Assembly (NCBI GenBank): GCA_043804515.1
Contig: JAZDIZ010000070.1
Coordinates: 1-35,071, forward strand
DNA from: Pseudomonadota bacterium
GTDB taxonomy: Bacteria > Bdellovibrionota_G > JALEGL01 > DATDPG01
DNA length: 35,071 bases
Direction of reading: 5' to 3'
Both the position numbers and the translations under genes were made by a program. Position 1 is the stretch's first letter. Every line of letters starts with the position of its first letter. The notes beneath the pieces were generated by a model. The model searched no databases, was not told the origin of the DNA, and saw only the letters and a list, made by a program, of their open reading frames with translations. This document shows positions 1 to 10,480 of the stretch, piece by piece.

Positions 1-2
1 AG

Positions 3-1184
3 CTCCTGCAGAACATGCTGGCCGTGGCTCCGAAATCGCCAAAAGCGGGGAGCGCCCACTTCATCCTGGGCCGCATCCACGAAAACCGCCGCGAATGGGA
101 GAAGGCTCGGGACCGGTTCAGGACCGTGGCCATCTACCATTCGGCCTCCCCGTTCTTTGAACAGGCCCACTTCAAGACCGGTTGGATGTCCTACCTCATG
201 GGAGACGACAAGGCCGCCCAGGAATGGCTTGAGTACGACCGGAGCTATAGCCGCTCCTCCTACATGCAAGCCAAGGACGATTACTGGCTGGCGAGGCTTT
301 TCGAACGGCAGAAGAAGACCAAGGAAGCGGACAGCTTCAAGGACGAAATCCGGAGGGCGGCACCCCTCTCCTAGTCCTCCTTCCTCGCCGGCAGGATTCC
401 GGAGTTCGTGGAGGTCTCGGCGGCGAATGACGCACCGAAAGGCTATGGGAACGCCTACTTGCTCTCGCAGGCACGGGCGCTTCTGGCATGCGGGCTTCAC
501 GACGCGGCGGCAAAGGTGCTCAAGGAGGTGGACCTCGCGGCGGAGCCCCAGTTAGCTGAGCCGGTTGCCCTCCTCTACGACGCCGCGCGTGAGCACAGCT
601 CGTCGTTTCGGCTGGCCTATACACTGGCCGGACGCGGATCACCCAATCCCCTCCCTTCGGTGGTGTCGAAACTGCTCTTCCCCGTGGACTATGAAGCGGT
701 CATCCGGCAGGAGGCCGAGGTCCAGAAGCTGGACCCCCTTCTGGTCTTCTCGCTCATCAAACAGGAAAGCGCATATAAAGAGGCCGCCGAAAGCCGCGCG
801 GGGGCTTTAGGTCTCATGCAGTTGATGCCGGACACCGCGATTGACTTGGCGCGTCGTTCCAACGAGCCGCCCCCGGCCCCGCAGGATCTGCTCAAGAGCG
901 AGACTAACGTACGGCTGGGCGTCCGGTACTTGAAAAGGATGATCGATCACTACGGCGGCAATGCTTACTACGCAGCAGCGGCGTACAACGCGGGGTCGGA
1001 CCGGGTGGATCGGTGGGTCAAGCAATGGGGTACCTTGCCGATCGAGGAGTTCGTGGAGCTGATCCCCTTCGAGGAAACCCGTAACTACGTGAAATCGATC
1101 GTCCGGAACTACGCATTCTATAATCTTCTGAGGGAAAAACGCCCCGTTGATGTTCAGAGCCTGACGAAAGTCGTCGCGCCTTAG
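3..1184 (+). pseudogene. slt: Soluble lytic transglycosylase (Slt-type, TPR region plus SLT domain), 5'-truncated by the window and interrupted by one in-frame TAG at 372-374
   Basis: ORFs 15..374 and 408..1184 share a frame, and the linker (SSFLAGRIPEF) has no other stop. The N-part is TPR-like (FKTGWMSY, YWLAR). The C-part has SLT motifs IKQES (catalytic Glu), GLMQLM, AAYNAG and ETRNYV. Could be a true nonsense allele or a sequencing error. Confidence 0.8.
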
Positions 1185-1315
1185 GTGGGGAAACGCTGTC
1201 GCGCGCTGTTCGACCAGTTCAGCGCGTCACGGGTCTCCCATGTAGTAATCTCCTGCCCCCGCGAATCATGACCGGCTCATCAGCCCCCCGCGCGCATTTC
1301 ATGTGCGCTTTCTTG

Positions 1316-1344
1316 TTGACAGCCTCCCGCGCGCTTGTTACTTG
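1316..1344 (+). promoter_or_regulatory. Putative sigma70 promoter of the HU gene
   Basis: TTGACA-17 nt-TACTTG, followed by a GGAAGGA Shine-Dalgarno-like sequence before ATG 1389. Confidence 0.5.
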
Positions 1345-1388
1345 AGATACAGTTTTCTGTTCAACCATCTTTCATGGAAGGAACGTAA

Positions 1389-1667
1389 ATGACAAAGGCA
1401 GAATTGATCGAGAAGGTATGCTACACACTGAAGCACAGAGATCTCTCCAAGGCCGCTGTGAACGAGATCTGTGACACCCTGTTCGAGAATCTCTCCAAGG
1501 GGATCAAGAAGGACAGAAGGTTCACGTATCCCGGTTTTGGAACATGGACCGTTCGCACGCGCAAAGCCCGAAAAGGCCGAAATCCGCAGACCGGCGCAGT
1601 CATCAACATTCCGGCCAGCAAGACCATCGGCTTCCGGCCTTCGCCTGAAGTTAAGAACTCTCTGTAA
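1389..1667 (+). CDS. hup: HU/IHF-family DNA-binding protein
   Basis: MTKAELI...PGFGTW...RKGRNPQTG...IPAS..FRP; 92 aa; SD upstream. Confidence 0.95.
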   Translation: MTKAELIEKVCYTLKHRDLSKAAVNEICDTLFENLSKGIKKDRRFTYPGFGTWTVRTRKARKGRNPQTGAVINIPASKTIGFRPSPEVKNSL

Positions 1668-1690
1668 GAGATTTGAACCTTTAAGGTTTG

Positions 1691-1731
1691 AAAACGCCCG
1701 CCCGGGTCACCCCGAGCGGGCGTTTTTGTTT
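1691..1731. terminator. Bidirectional intrinsic terminator
   Basis: AAAACGCCCGC-CCGGG/CCCG-AGCGGGCGTTTT hairpin with a T-run, between convergent genes. Confidence 0.85.
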
Positions 1732-1738
1732 CCGGCAT

Positions 1739-4006
1739 CTATCCCCGTTGAACCCGAAGACGCCTCGGTCGGGTCGCAAATCCGATTAACAGCAATAAGG
1801 TGCTGATGGCGACGGCCGTCCAAGTAATCATTCTGCCGACTCCAAGGCCGGGGGGCTGGTACCGCAATAGAAGGCTTCGACTGCCCGGAGGGAGGAGAAT
1901 CCCGCGCATCCACCAGTTCGTGCGGTAAATCTGTGTCGGGCGGCCATCAACCCGTGCTTCCCACCCATCTGCGTAGGAATCTGTCAAAACCAGAAATGTG
2001 GGACCGGGGGAACCCGGTAGGGAAAAGGCAATTTCGTCGGGTAGCGCCCGCGTTTGATATGGGTTTTCCGCGGGCTTCTGGAATTCAGTTTCCTCCCAGG
2101 GGTTCTGAACGAGTGCAAGGTCATGAAACTTCCCGTACGACGTGAGCATAAGGCGCAGCGTTTCATCCCGGTCGCTTGAGCCGATCACGTGTCTGATAAA
2201 GAATGCACGAGGGAACGCCTCCGGGTTCTCAAAGATTCGATAGGGACCCGAGTTCGCAGTCGGAACCAATCGGGAGAACGAAGGATGAAATCGATCCGCG
2301 ATGATCCAGCGGACGCTCGCAAGGCTCATAACGGGGGGAAAACCACGCGCGTTAAGAACCGCCTGGTTTGTTTCGGGCGGGTTTTGTCCCGCTGCATTCA
2401 GAAAGTCGTTATATGGGGCTGGCAAGAGGGCTTCGATTCCTCCCGCGTTGTAGATCTGATGAAGAGGAGCCTGACTTTCGAATTTGAACGCCTTATCCGT
2501 TGAAAGGACGCGCCAGCTTCCAAACGAGAAGGAGAGTGGAGCGAAACGCTTCAGAGATGTAACCGTGTAGTAGCGCCCGCTGGCGGCAAACAGATCCATT
2601 ACGATCAGGAAGAGGCATGCATAGCGGGTCGTTTTTCTTACGGCTGCGCCGAAACCGCCCAGTAGAAATGTTACGAGAAGGGCTGTGCTGATCGCAATGA
2701 GGATCGGGAATGGGTTTAAGGTTGCAGCGCGGTCGTCACCCGTCCAAAACACACGGACGGCGGGTATCGAAAGGATGGCCAATAGAAGCAAGAGGAAGAG
2801 AGCTTTGGTCCGAAATCCTGAGGATGCCGGTGAAAGAGAGGGTTTCTGCGGAAAGAACAGCTCCACGCCCCGTACAACGAAGAAGATGTATAGGAAAAAC
2901 GCCGGAGCCAGGAAGCGCCCCGGGGCACGAAACCACCTCAGGGGCGGCACAAGCAACGTAACGAGCTTGTACAATGCTGGAAACGTCTCCCCCATGGAAA
3001 GCAGGACAAACAGCAGCGCTGTACCCAGCAGGAGCAGGTCCTGTTTTCGCAATCGAAGGGAGGCCAATGCAAAAGGTAGCGTTGTCAGACCGAAGTAGGC
3101 GGTGGTCTCCCAAACGAACGTGCCTTTCAGAAGGAAAGGTTCTCGTACCCCGTCCCCAAAGAGGTTGGGGACGAACAAAGACAAAATTGCCCGGGGTGCC
3201 ACAGAGTACTGGAGCAGATAGTCCCATGAGAGACCGAACCCACGCACCGACCCCTCATGGGCCAGCCACAAAGGTAACCACTGAATTGCGGACATCGAGA
3301 CGCCGATCGCCAGATATTGCCCCAGATGGAGCAGCTTCGATTTTAGGGAGCCCTGGAAGCCAAAGAGAATGAACGGGATCAACAAGAGATGGATCAGAAG
3401 CACGTACTGATGGTAGCCGGCGAGAATTTGAAGACCGAGCGCAATCCCCGCTAGCGTGACAAAGACGGCTCGTCCGGTCCGGAAGAATTGGCCCCAGAAC
3501 AAAACGAGAAGTGGCGTCCATTGGATCACGAAAAGAGCGTTGAGATGTCCCGCGTAGAGAAAAAGTGGCATCCTCCCTGCAAATGCGAAAAGCGTGGATC
3601 CGACCAACCCCGCGGTCGAACCGAGCGCCCACGTTCGGAGCGCAAGGTAGAGCGTCACCGAACCAAATACGGAGTGGAGTATCGGGACAAGATTCAGCAG
3701 CAATACAGGTGGCAATGCTAGCGCCCACCGAACCGGCGGGTAGAGCGTGATCCAGGGAAAGCTTGTAAGAAAAGGCGCCCCGCAGTCCGAAAATGGGTTC
3801 CAGTATGGGACGTGCCCGCTGATACTGTAGAAGTGATGCGCGAAGGAGAGAGCCGGATAACCCGTCAGAATCGTGTCCGAGCCATACACGAGGCCGCCCT
3901 GGAACACCGCGTGGTAGAACAACGCATGGAGCGCGACAAGATACAAGAACGCGCCGCCGACTTCACGGCTCAAAAGACTCGGTGGTTTTGAAATCTGAAT
4001 CCCCAC
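1739..4006 (-). CDS. YfhO-like multi-pass membrane protein (GT-C fold glycosyltransferase-like)
   Basis: 755 aa with many TM segments; motifs WNPFSDCGAPF, FRAPGRF, PRAFF and YADGWEARVDG typical of the YfhO family. Confidence 0.8.
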   Translation of the reverse strand: MGIQISKPPSLLSREVGGAFLYLVALHALFYHAVFQGGLVYGSDTILTGYPALSFAHHFYSISGHVPYWNPFSDCGAPFLTSFPWITLYPPVRWALALPPVLLLNLVPILHSVFGSVTLYLALRTWALGSTAGLVGSTLFAFAGRMPLFLYAGHLNALFVIQWTPLLVLFWGQFFRTGRAVFVTLAGIALGLQILAGYHQYVLLIHLLLIPFILFGFQGSLKSKLLHLGQYLAIGVSMSAIQWLPLWLAHEGSVRGFGLSWDYLLQYSVAPRAILSLFVPNLFGDGVREPFLLKGTFVWETTAYFGLTTLPFALASLRLRKQDLLLLGTALLFVLLSMGETFPALYKLVTLLVPPLRWFRAPGRFLAPAFFLYIFFVVRGVELFFPQKPSLSPASSGFRTKALFLLLLLAILSIPAVRVFWTGDDRAATLNPFPILIAISTALLVTFLLGGFGAAVRKTTRYACLFLIVMDLFAASGRYYTVTSLKRFAPLSFSFGSWRVLSTDKAFKFESQAPLHQIYNAGGIEALLPAPYNDFLNAAGQNPPETNQAVLNARGFPPVMSLASVRWIIADRFHPSFSRLVPTANSGPYRIFENPEAFPRAFFIRHVIGSSDRDETLRLMLTSYGKFHDLALVQNPWEETEFQKPAENPYQTRALPDEIAFSLPGSPGPTFLVLTDSYADGWEARVDGRPTQIYRTNWWMRGILLPPGSRSLLLRYQPPGLGVGRMITWTAVAISTLLLLIGFATRPRRLRVQRG

Positions 4007-4207
4007 ACTCGCTACAATTCACTCCAAGTCTAAGGGTTGCTCCCGGTAAGTGGGTAGAGAATAAAGCCAGATTCCTCTACTGGACTGGATTGCGCGGCGC
4101 TCTCGCGCCGCAGAATCCTAGGGAGAGGCCGTTTCCACCGGGTCGTGAAAAGAGAAACGCTTCGCGTTTCTCAAAGAATCACATTTGCCCTTGCTGGATC
4201 GGCCACT

Positions 4208-5752
4208 TCATGGTTGTGTCCCCCGATTTCCGCCTTCCCTCGTGCGTCGGAGTTGTTGATACGTCAAGGACAAGTTCATCTGAACCGCTCGCCGTTGCGG
4301 TTCCGGTGCCCGGCGAAGCGCTTTCAAATAGGCCCGTTCCGCCTTCGAATAATCGCCCTTCTCGAATGCGATATTCCCGAGATTCAGCCACGGCTCATAA
4401 TGCTCAGGAAGAATCCTCGCAGCGGCCGTAAACTCAGGTTCAGCCAGTTCCGGGCGCGGCAATTTGAGATATTCTGTGGCCAGGGCCATTCGAAGGCGGA
4501 AGTTCTCCGGAAGATCCCGAACCCCCGCCCGGGCGAGAGTGATGTTGTCCCTCCAAGCAGGCGTGCGAGCCCAACTGATCCCGGCCAGGAGAAACAACAC
4601 CACCAACAGAACAACCGACCAGGTGGTTCGTAGTTTCATTGCCCCGTGACTCTGAACGGAAAACACCCGGTGTCCGAACCCGATCAGGAGGAACGGCAAC
4701 GGCAGATACAGAAATCTCTCGGCAAATGGGCTTCCGATGAGAAACACCAAATTCGAGACGGGCAGAAGAACGATGAGAAACAAGACAAGGCTGATCAGAA
4801 GCGGTTGGAGCGATTTCCTGCGCAACAAATAATACCCGGTTGTCCCGGCGATGGCCGACAACGCGGCAATGGAACAGAACACACGGAAATAGAAGTTCGC
4901 GTCGTAGACGGTGAATACACCCGTGGCATAGTCGGGCACCAGCGGGAGAGGAACGAACAGTTTCTCGAAAAAGAGTGAAAACCACGCCAGGGCCATTTCA
5001 CGCGCCGCCCAGAAAGACTCGGCTGGAAAAATGGAGGCGCGCCGATCGATCCCAAAAACACCCAGAACCGCATATCGGGTGGGAAGATAAACGGCTAACG
5101 CAGCGGCCAACGGCAGGAAGGTTCCGAAGAGCAGCTGTCGCCAACCGGTCCGTCGATCGAGACGCTCAAGGAGCGGAATCACCAGGACCATGGCCAAAGC
5201 GGATTCCTTGCTCAAGAGCGCAGCGAAGAATGAGAGACAGAGAGCCCCCGCTCGAAAGACCGAACCCTGCGGGACCCTCAGAGCGACCAGAAGGGCCAGA
5301 AATGAAAAGAGCGCTGCCAATTGGTCGCAGCGCCCCACCAGACTCGCCACCACCTCCACATTCACCGGATGTGCCAGAAACACCAACGTCAGGAAGCCTG
5401 CGGATATCGCATGGAAGCGGAAGTGAAGAAGAAACAAGAAGACGAGGAAACCGAAGGCTGTGTGGAGCAGGATGTTGATCAGATGATCCGCGGGAGCAGG
5501 ATCGGGAGACACTCGATGCGAAAGCCAGAATGAAGCCACCGGCAGGGGCCGATATAGACCGGTGTACGGCCTTTCCACCGCATTCCAGAACATCTTGGAG
5601 ATACCGTTCGGCTCTTGGACGAGAGGATTGTCACGGACGATCGGTACGTCATCCAACGCATAGCGATTATGAAGCGCGGGATAATAGATCGAAAAAGTGA
5701 CGGCGAGAAAAGTGAACAGGCCGAGGAAAAGAACTTTCTTGCTTGCGGGCAT
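4208..5752 (-). CDS. TMTC-like GT-C membrane glycosyltransferase with C-terminal TPR repeats
   Basis: LDD motif after TM1, YRPL, HPVNVEVV...GR.D, LSKE, AERFLYLP and WRD, then TPR repeats (WLNLGNI...AERAYLKAL). Confidence 0.85.
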   Translation of the reverse strand: MPASKKVLFLGLFTFLAVTFSIYYPALHNRYALDDVPIVRDNPLVQEPNGISKMFWNAVERPYTGLYRPLPVASFWLSHRVSPDPAPADHLINILLHTAFGFLVFLFLLHFRFHAISAGFLTLVFLAHPVNVEVVASLVGRCDQLAALFSFLALLVALRVPQGSVFRAGALCLSFFAALLSKESALAMVLVIPLLERLDRRTGWRQLLFGTFLPLAAALAVYLPTRYAVLGVFGIDRRASIFPAESFWAAREMALAWFSLFFEKLFVPLPLVPDYATGVFTVYDANFYFRVFCSIAALSAIAGTTGYYLLRRKSLQPLLISLVLFLIVLLPVSNLVFLIGSPFAERFLYLPLPFLLIGFGHRVFSVQSHGAMKLRTTWSVVLLVVLFLLAGISWARTPAWRDNITLARAGVRDLPENFRLRMALATEYLKLPRPELAEPEFTAAARILPEHYEPWLNLGNIAFEKGDYSKAERAYLKALRRAPEPQRRAVQMNLSLTYQQLRRTREGGNRGTQP

Positions 5753-5922
5753 ATTACCAAGAAGTATTCGTCTAAAATCTCCCTGACCTTACGGCATTTG
5801 ACCGTCGTTTCAAACGTGTGGTTCTCGGCTCCCATCGCTTCCTGATGGGCCCGGGCAGCACTCTCAATTTCCATGATCTCGTCCTTATGGACAGAACTTA
5901 TCAAATCAATTACAACTTTTTC

Positions 5923-6124
5923 GGGTCGGGGCGGCCAAATTTGAATGATGTGCACTCGCCGCAAGCGCTCAATCATTAACAATCAAACGTTCTTGAATTT
6001 TCGAGGCTGAAGAAATTCTAAGTTGTCTTGGGAACCTAAGGGGACGCTGGCGGCTCGCTGAGCTGGTTCGCACCGTCACCCCAGGACACCATTTCCGTCG
6101 GCCCCAAGGAGGGGCCGTCAAAAA
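5923..6124 (-). mobile_element. tRNA-Pro-linked ~200-bp element ending in a degenerate duplicate of the tRNA 3' end
   Basis: 5923-5945 matches tRNA 6125-6147 at 18/23 positions and shares several motifs with 20193-20392. Mobility is inferred. Confidence 0.7.
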
Positions 6125-6201
<77 letters not shown>

Positions 6202-6389
6202 ACCTGACGCCGCTCTTAAAGCTTCGTCGAGGCTCATTCATAGCATTGAAGCCGAATTTCAGGAAGTGATGGCGGGGACTGGGACGGATTGCCGGACTGG
6301 CCCCCTGCCTGAAAACCCCGGGCACAGAACTCTTGACCCACTGCGCCAAAACCACTAGGTAAGAGGCTCAAACCTTCCGTGGGGGTATT

Positions 6390-8492
6390 ATGGTTCGCCG
6401 GCATGTCGGTCTCGTATTTCTCCTCATCACATTTCTGGGTACGTCATTCGCTGCGGAGCGCGCACGATGGAACGACAAGCCCAAGGAAGAGCCGATCCCT
6501 TCAAGCGTCTGGGTGTTGTCCGGTCCCCAGCTCGATGCGGTCTGCAAGAAGATCGTAACAGACGCCGACACCTCCTTTTCCAAATTGGTGGCTCGCCGCG
6601 ACAAACGCACTTTTGCCAACTCCGTTCGCCCGTTCGAGAGCATCCTGGCGGAGGTCGATCGAAAATTCGGACCCGTCTACCTCCTGGCCGACGTGGCGGT
6701 CGATGAGAGCGTACGCAAGGCGGGGGATACGTGCCGGACGTTAGTTTCCCAATATCTTGTTGGAATCGCGACGCGTCCCGACCTCTACGGCGTCATCAAA
6801 GAGGTCGATAAGTCTCCCGAGAAATCATCACTGACAGGGGAGGATGCCCGCCTTCTGGAAAAGATTGTGAAAGATTTCGAGCGCAACGGCCTTCAGCTTC
6901 CGGAGGCGGAGCGAAAGAAGTATGAAGCCCTTCGAAAAGACGAAGCTGCATTGCAACAGCAGATGAACACCCGCGTCCGGGAAGATAAATCTTCGGTTCT
7001 CATTCCGGCGGATTCCCTGAAAGGACTTCCTTCCGAAAAATACAAATTCATGACGAAGGAAGGAGAGGCTTACAGAGTTCCCGCAAACCTTCCGAACGCT
7101 GACGTGTTCCTGTCCACCGTGATCGATCCCGAGGCCCGGCGACTGTTCTATGTCGCGTATCAGAATCGGGGGGGCGACGAGAACATGCGTATCGTACGGG
7201 ATCTTCTCAGGGTGCGCAGGGAGGCGGCCCGACTTGTGGGACAGGGGAATCCAGCCCGCTTCAGCCTACAGGACTCGATGGCCAAGGATCCGGTCCGGGC
7301 CGTCAAATTCCTGGAGGATTTAAGCGCGGGTCTGACCGAAAAACTGAAGGCGGATCTCTCGACGTTTCTGGAACTCAAGCAACGGGAAGAACCCGCCACC
7401 ACCGACTTGGCGGAGTGGGATCGTTTTTATTATCCGCAGAAGGTCCTTCTCACGAAATACGTCGTCAATCCGGAAAGTCTCCGGGCCTATTTCCCTCTCG
7501 ACAGGGTCAAAGACGGGATGTTCAAGATCTACGAGACCCTCTACGGGGTGAGGTATGTGGAGCGGCGCGATCTTTCCGTTTGGAGTGATGGTGTCAGCGC
7601 CTACGAGGTCCGCGAAAAGGCCGACAATAAGTTGGTGGGGTATTTCTACGTGGACATCGGCTACCGCGAAGGCAAACGACAGGGAGCCGCTTCCTACGGG
7701 ATTCGCGCAGGCCGGTATCTTCCGGACGGGAAGTATCAGGTCCCCGTGGACGTCATCGTGGCCGGTTATCAGCCCGATCCCGAAAGCGGGAAGATCCTCT
7801 TAAGGCCGGGTCAGCGCGGGGAGGTGGAAACGTTGTTCCACGAGTTCGGCCACGCCATGCACACCCTTTTCGGACAAACGAGGTACACGTACTTTGCCGG
7901 GACGAACGTACCGAGAGACTTTGTAGAAGCGCCGTCGACGATGTCGGAGCACTGGGTCTGGGACGAAAACATGTTCATCAACCTGTCCGGCCACTATAAG
8001 ACCGGCGAGAAGATCCCCGTTGAAGAGGCCCGGAAGCTTCTGGCCACGGCGAAGGCCAATACCGGTATTCTCTACGCGAGGCAGCTCCTCTACGCGCTCT
8101 TCTCTCTCAAGGCACACATGCCCAACAAGTACGGCGTATACCGCGATCCGTTGGAACTTTGGGCCGAACTGAGCGCCGGGGTATACGGAATCCCGATGGC
8201 TCCCGGAACCCATCCCGTGGGTAGCTTCACTCACCTCGCGGGCTATGGCCCCGCGTACTACAGCTATCTGTGGGATGAGGCCATTTCGGACGACCTGTTC
8301 ACGCGCTTCCAAAAAGCGGGGCTTTTGAGTGAAACCGAGGGGATGCGATATCGGCAGATGATCCTGGAGCCCGGAGGGAGCATTGATCCGGACCAACTCG
8401 TGGCCGATTTTATGGGGCGCCCGCTACCGTCTCCGGACGAGTTGCCGTTCAGCGTGAACCCGTTTCTGGCGAAGCTCGGTCTGAGTAACTGA
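6390..8492 (+). CDS. Secreted M3A metallo-oligopeptidase (thimet oligopeptidase/neurolysin-like)
   Basis: N-terminal signal peptide ending in SFA; TLFHEFGHAMH (HEXXH), DFVEAPS and GYGPAYYSYLW. Confidence 0.93.
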   Translation: MVRRHVGLVFLLITFLGTSFAAERARWNDKPKEEPIPSSVWVLSGPQLDAVCKKIVTDADTSFSKLVARRDKRTFANSVRPFESILAEVDRKFGPVYLLADVAVDESVRKAGDTCRTLVSQYLVGIATRPDLYGVIKEVDKSPEKSSLTGEDARLLEKIVKDFERNGLQLPEAERKKYEALRKDEAALQQQMNTRVREDKSSVLIPADSLKGLPSEKYKFMTKEGEAYRVPANLPNADVFLSTVIDPEARRLFYVAYQNRGGDENMRIVRDLLRVRREAARLVGQGNPARFSLQDSMAKDPVRAVKFLEDLSAGLTEKLKADLSTFLELKQREEPATTDLAEWDRFYYPQKVLLTKYVVNPESLRAYFPLDRVKDGMFKIYETLYGVRYVERRDLSVWSDGVSAYEVREKADNKLVGYFYVDIGYREGKRQGAASYGIRAGRYLPDGKYQVPVDVIVAGYQPDPESGKILLRPGQRGEVETLFHEFGHAMHTLFGQTRYTYFAGTNVPRDFVEAPSTMSEHWVWDENMFINLSGHYKTGEKIPVEEARKLLATAKANTGILYARQLLYALFSLKAHMPNKYGVYRDPLELWAELSAGVYGIPMAPGTHPVGSFTHLAGYGPAYYSYLWDEAISDDLFTRFQKAGLLSETEGMRYRQMILEPGGSIDPDQLVADFMGRPLPSPDELPFSVNPFLAKLGLSN

Positions 8493-8651
8493 CGGGCCCC
8501 GGGTAAAAGACGGGCAATCAGACGGATAAGTGAGCCGCGATTTCGCGAACGCCTGCCTTATGACACACTTGGATTCTGCGGCGACCGCACTTGGGGGTTC
8601 GATGCATCCCGAAGTTCCCATCGCAAGCCGAACGGAATAGAATTTCTCTCC

Positions 8652-10358
8652 TTGCCGTCCCGTTTCTGGAAAATCGTATTTTTCGCGACATTTGTCCTGT
8701 TGTTCATCGGCCACACGATCCCCCTCATTGATCCGGACATGTGGTGGCACATAGCTATCGGACAGGACATTCTGAGGACCGGCCATTTGCCGGCTGTTGA
8801 TACCTATTCACACACGATGTTCGGGCAACCCTGGCATTACCCGGACTGGTTGGGCGGTGTCCTTCTGGCTCTCCTGTACCAATTGGGGGGCGTCCCGGGC
8901 TTGATTCTGGGGATCTCCGCGGTGTTCACATTGATATACGTGGTTCTTTGGGATCTCTGCCGATCGATGGGGATGGATATCCGCTGGTGGCCGGTTACGG
9001 CATTCTCCCTTCACTACTCCCTGGCCTTGTTCACGCTGGGGCGGCCCCAAACATTCGGGTTTCTGTTCTTCGCGATCGTGCTTTGGCTCCTCGTGAAGTC
9101 ACGGAAGGAGCATCCCCACTGGCTTTTTTGGATCCCGGTCGTCCAGATTCTGTGGATCAACACGCACCGCAGTGCCCTCTTAACGCCGTGCCTTCTTCTG
9201 GCCGCCCTCGTTCTCGGCGAGAAAGGCGACCGAAAGCGCACGCTTTGGGTCTTTGCGCTCTCGTGCCTCGCCACGGCGGTGCACCCCGACGTCCGGCGGC
9301 TCCTTACCGCCTCCGTCCCCCTCTTTACGAATCCCGAGTGGCGGCAGCATGTGAGCGAATGGGCCGCTCTCAGCCCGAAGTTCTTCTTGATGATCTATGC
9401 CACGCTTCTCGTGTCGGTGGTCCTTCTGGGCCTTACGGCGATCCACCGACCGCGCCTCTTCAAGGACTGCCGGACGGAACTCGTTTTCGGCCTCCTTCTC
9501 TTCGTCGTCGGGTTCAGACACAACCGGATGCTGGCGTTCAGCTCTGTCGCCTTGGTGCCGCTCGCGTTTCATCGTCTGTGCCTGGTTCCATCGCGCAGGC
9601 TCGTAAAGATCTCGTTCGCTTATTCCGTTTTGCTCGTCGGGAGCCTCATCTTTTCCTGGTGGGCTCCCGCCGGCGCCGTGCAATGGAAGCGGTACATGGT
9701 GGGATGGGGTGTCAGCGCCCGGTTTCCGAAGGCCGCCGCAGATTTGATCCAAGAAGAGCTGCCCGGCTCCCGCCTCTTCAATGTCCTGGAGGACGGCGGG
9801 TACCTCCTTTTCCGCTTGCGGGGCGAATCAAAAGTATTCGTGGACGGGAGAACGTTCATTCTCTACCCCATGTCCATCACGATGGAGTCGGTCGAAGCGC
9901 TTTCGTCCCGAGCCTCGTGGGACCGCATCACACGAGAACACGACATCGACGTGGCCGTTCTTCCCATGAGGGACCCGGATCGCTTCGCTTCGTTCTTGTC
10001 CGGTGACCCACGTTGGCCTGTGGTGTTTTTCGACGATTATCACGTCGTGCACGTGCGATCGGACCGGCTGGCAGAGCATCCGGGCCTGAATCCCCTGACG
10101 GGTGTCGATCTTCGAGAACCGCTTCAATCCATGCGCCGCTTGAAGCGGACCGATCCAAAAGCGTTCAGGCGCCTCCGAACGGCGCTATCCGCCTACGCCA
10201 TGCTGGCCCCCGGGAGTTTCAAGATCGCCGTCCTTCGCGCCTTTACGGCCGATTTGGATCACGATTACGCGGAAGAGAGGGTGCTCCTCAACCAAGCGCT
10301 GAAGGTAAACCCGAACTACGATTTCGGCCGGGAAAGACTTCGGAACTTGCCGAACTAA
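8652..10358 (+). CDS. Multi-pass membrane protein, GT-C-like, with a C-terminal TPR-like tail
   Basis: DPDMWWHI..G after TM1, many TM helices, LWINTH, GGYL and VFVDGR; ends ALKVNPNY. The TTG start is uncertain. Confidence 0.75.
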   Translation: MPSRFWKIVFFATFVLLFIGHTIPLIDPDMWWHIAIGQDILRTGHLPAVDTYSHTMFGQPWHYPDWLGGVLLALLYQLGGVPGLILGISAVFTLIYVVLWDLCRSMGMDIRWWPVTAFSLHYSLALFTLGRPQTFGFLFFAIVLWLLVKSRKEHPHWLFWIPVVQILWINTHRSALLTPCLLLAALVLGEKGDRKRTLWVFALSCLATAVHPDVRRLLTASVPLFTNPEWRQHVSEWAALSPKFFLMIYATLLVSVVLLGLTAIHRPRLFKDCRTELVFGLLLFVVGFRHNRMLAFSSVALVPLAFHRLCLVPSRRLVKISFAYSVLLVGSLIFSWWAPAGAVQWKRYMVGWGVSARFPKAAADLIQEELPGSRLFNVLEDGGYLLFRLRGESKVFVDGRTFILYPMSITMESVEALSSRASWDRITREHDIDVAVLPMRDPDRFASFLSGDPRWPVVFFDDYHVVHVRSDRLAEHPGLNPLTGVDLREPLQSMRRLKRTDPKAFRRLRTALSAYAMLAPGSFKIAVLRAFTADLDHDYAEERVLLNQALKVNPNYDFGRERLRNLPN

Positions 10359-10414
10359 GAAAACCATACAGGAAGGCCCGACCCGAGAGCGAGATCAGAC
10401 GACGCGGCCGCTCC

Positions 10415-10449
10415 GACCCGCCTACGCCGTTCCGGCTACGGCGAGGTCT
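10415..10449. repeat. REP-like palindrome between convergent genes
   Basis: GACCCGCCTACGCCGTTCCGGCTACGGCGAGGTC resembles CCGCCTTCGCCAAGCCTTCGGCGAG at ~20136-20160. Confidence 0.5.
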
Positions 10450-10480
10450 TTCGTTTATATCGCCGGGACTGCTGGGATTT

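Noticed and set aside
372..374. Genome-wide TAG reassignment or pyrrolysine use
   Set aside because: Several conserved genes end at TAG at their expected C-termini, and no pyl genes are in the window.
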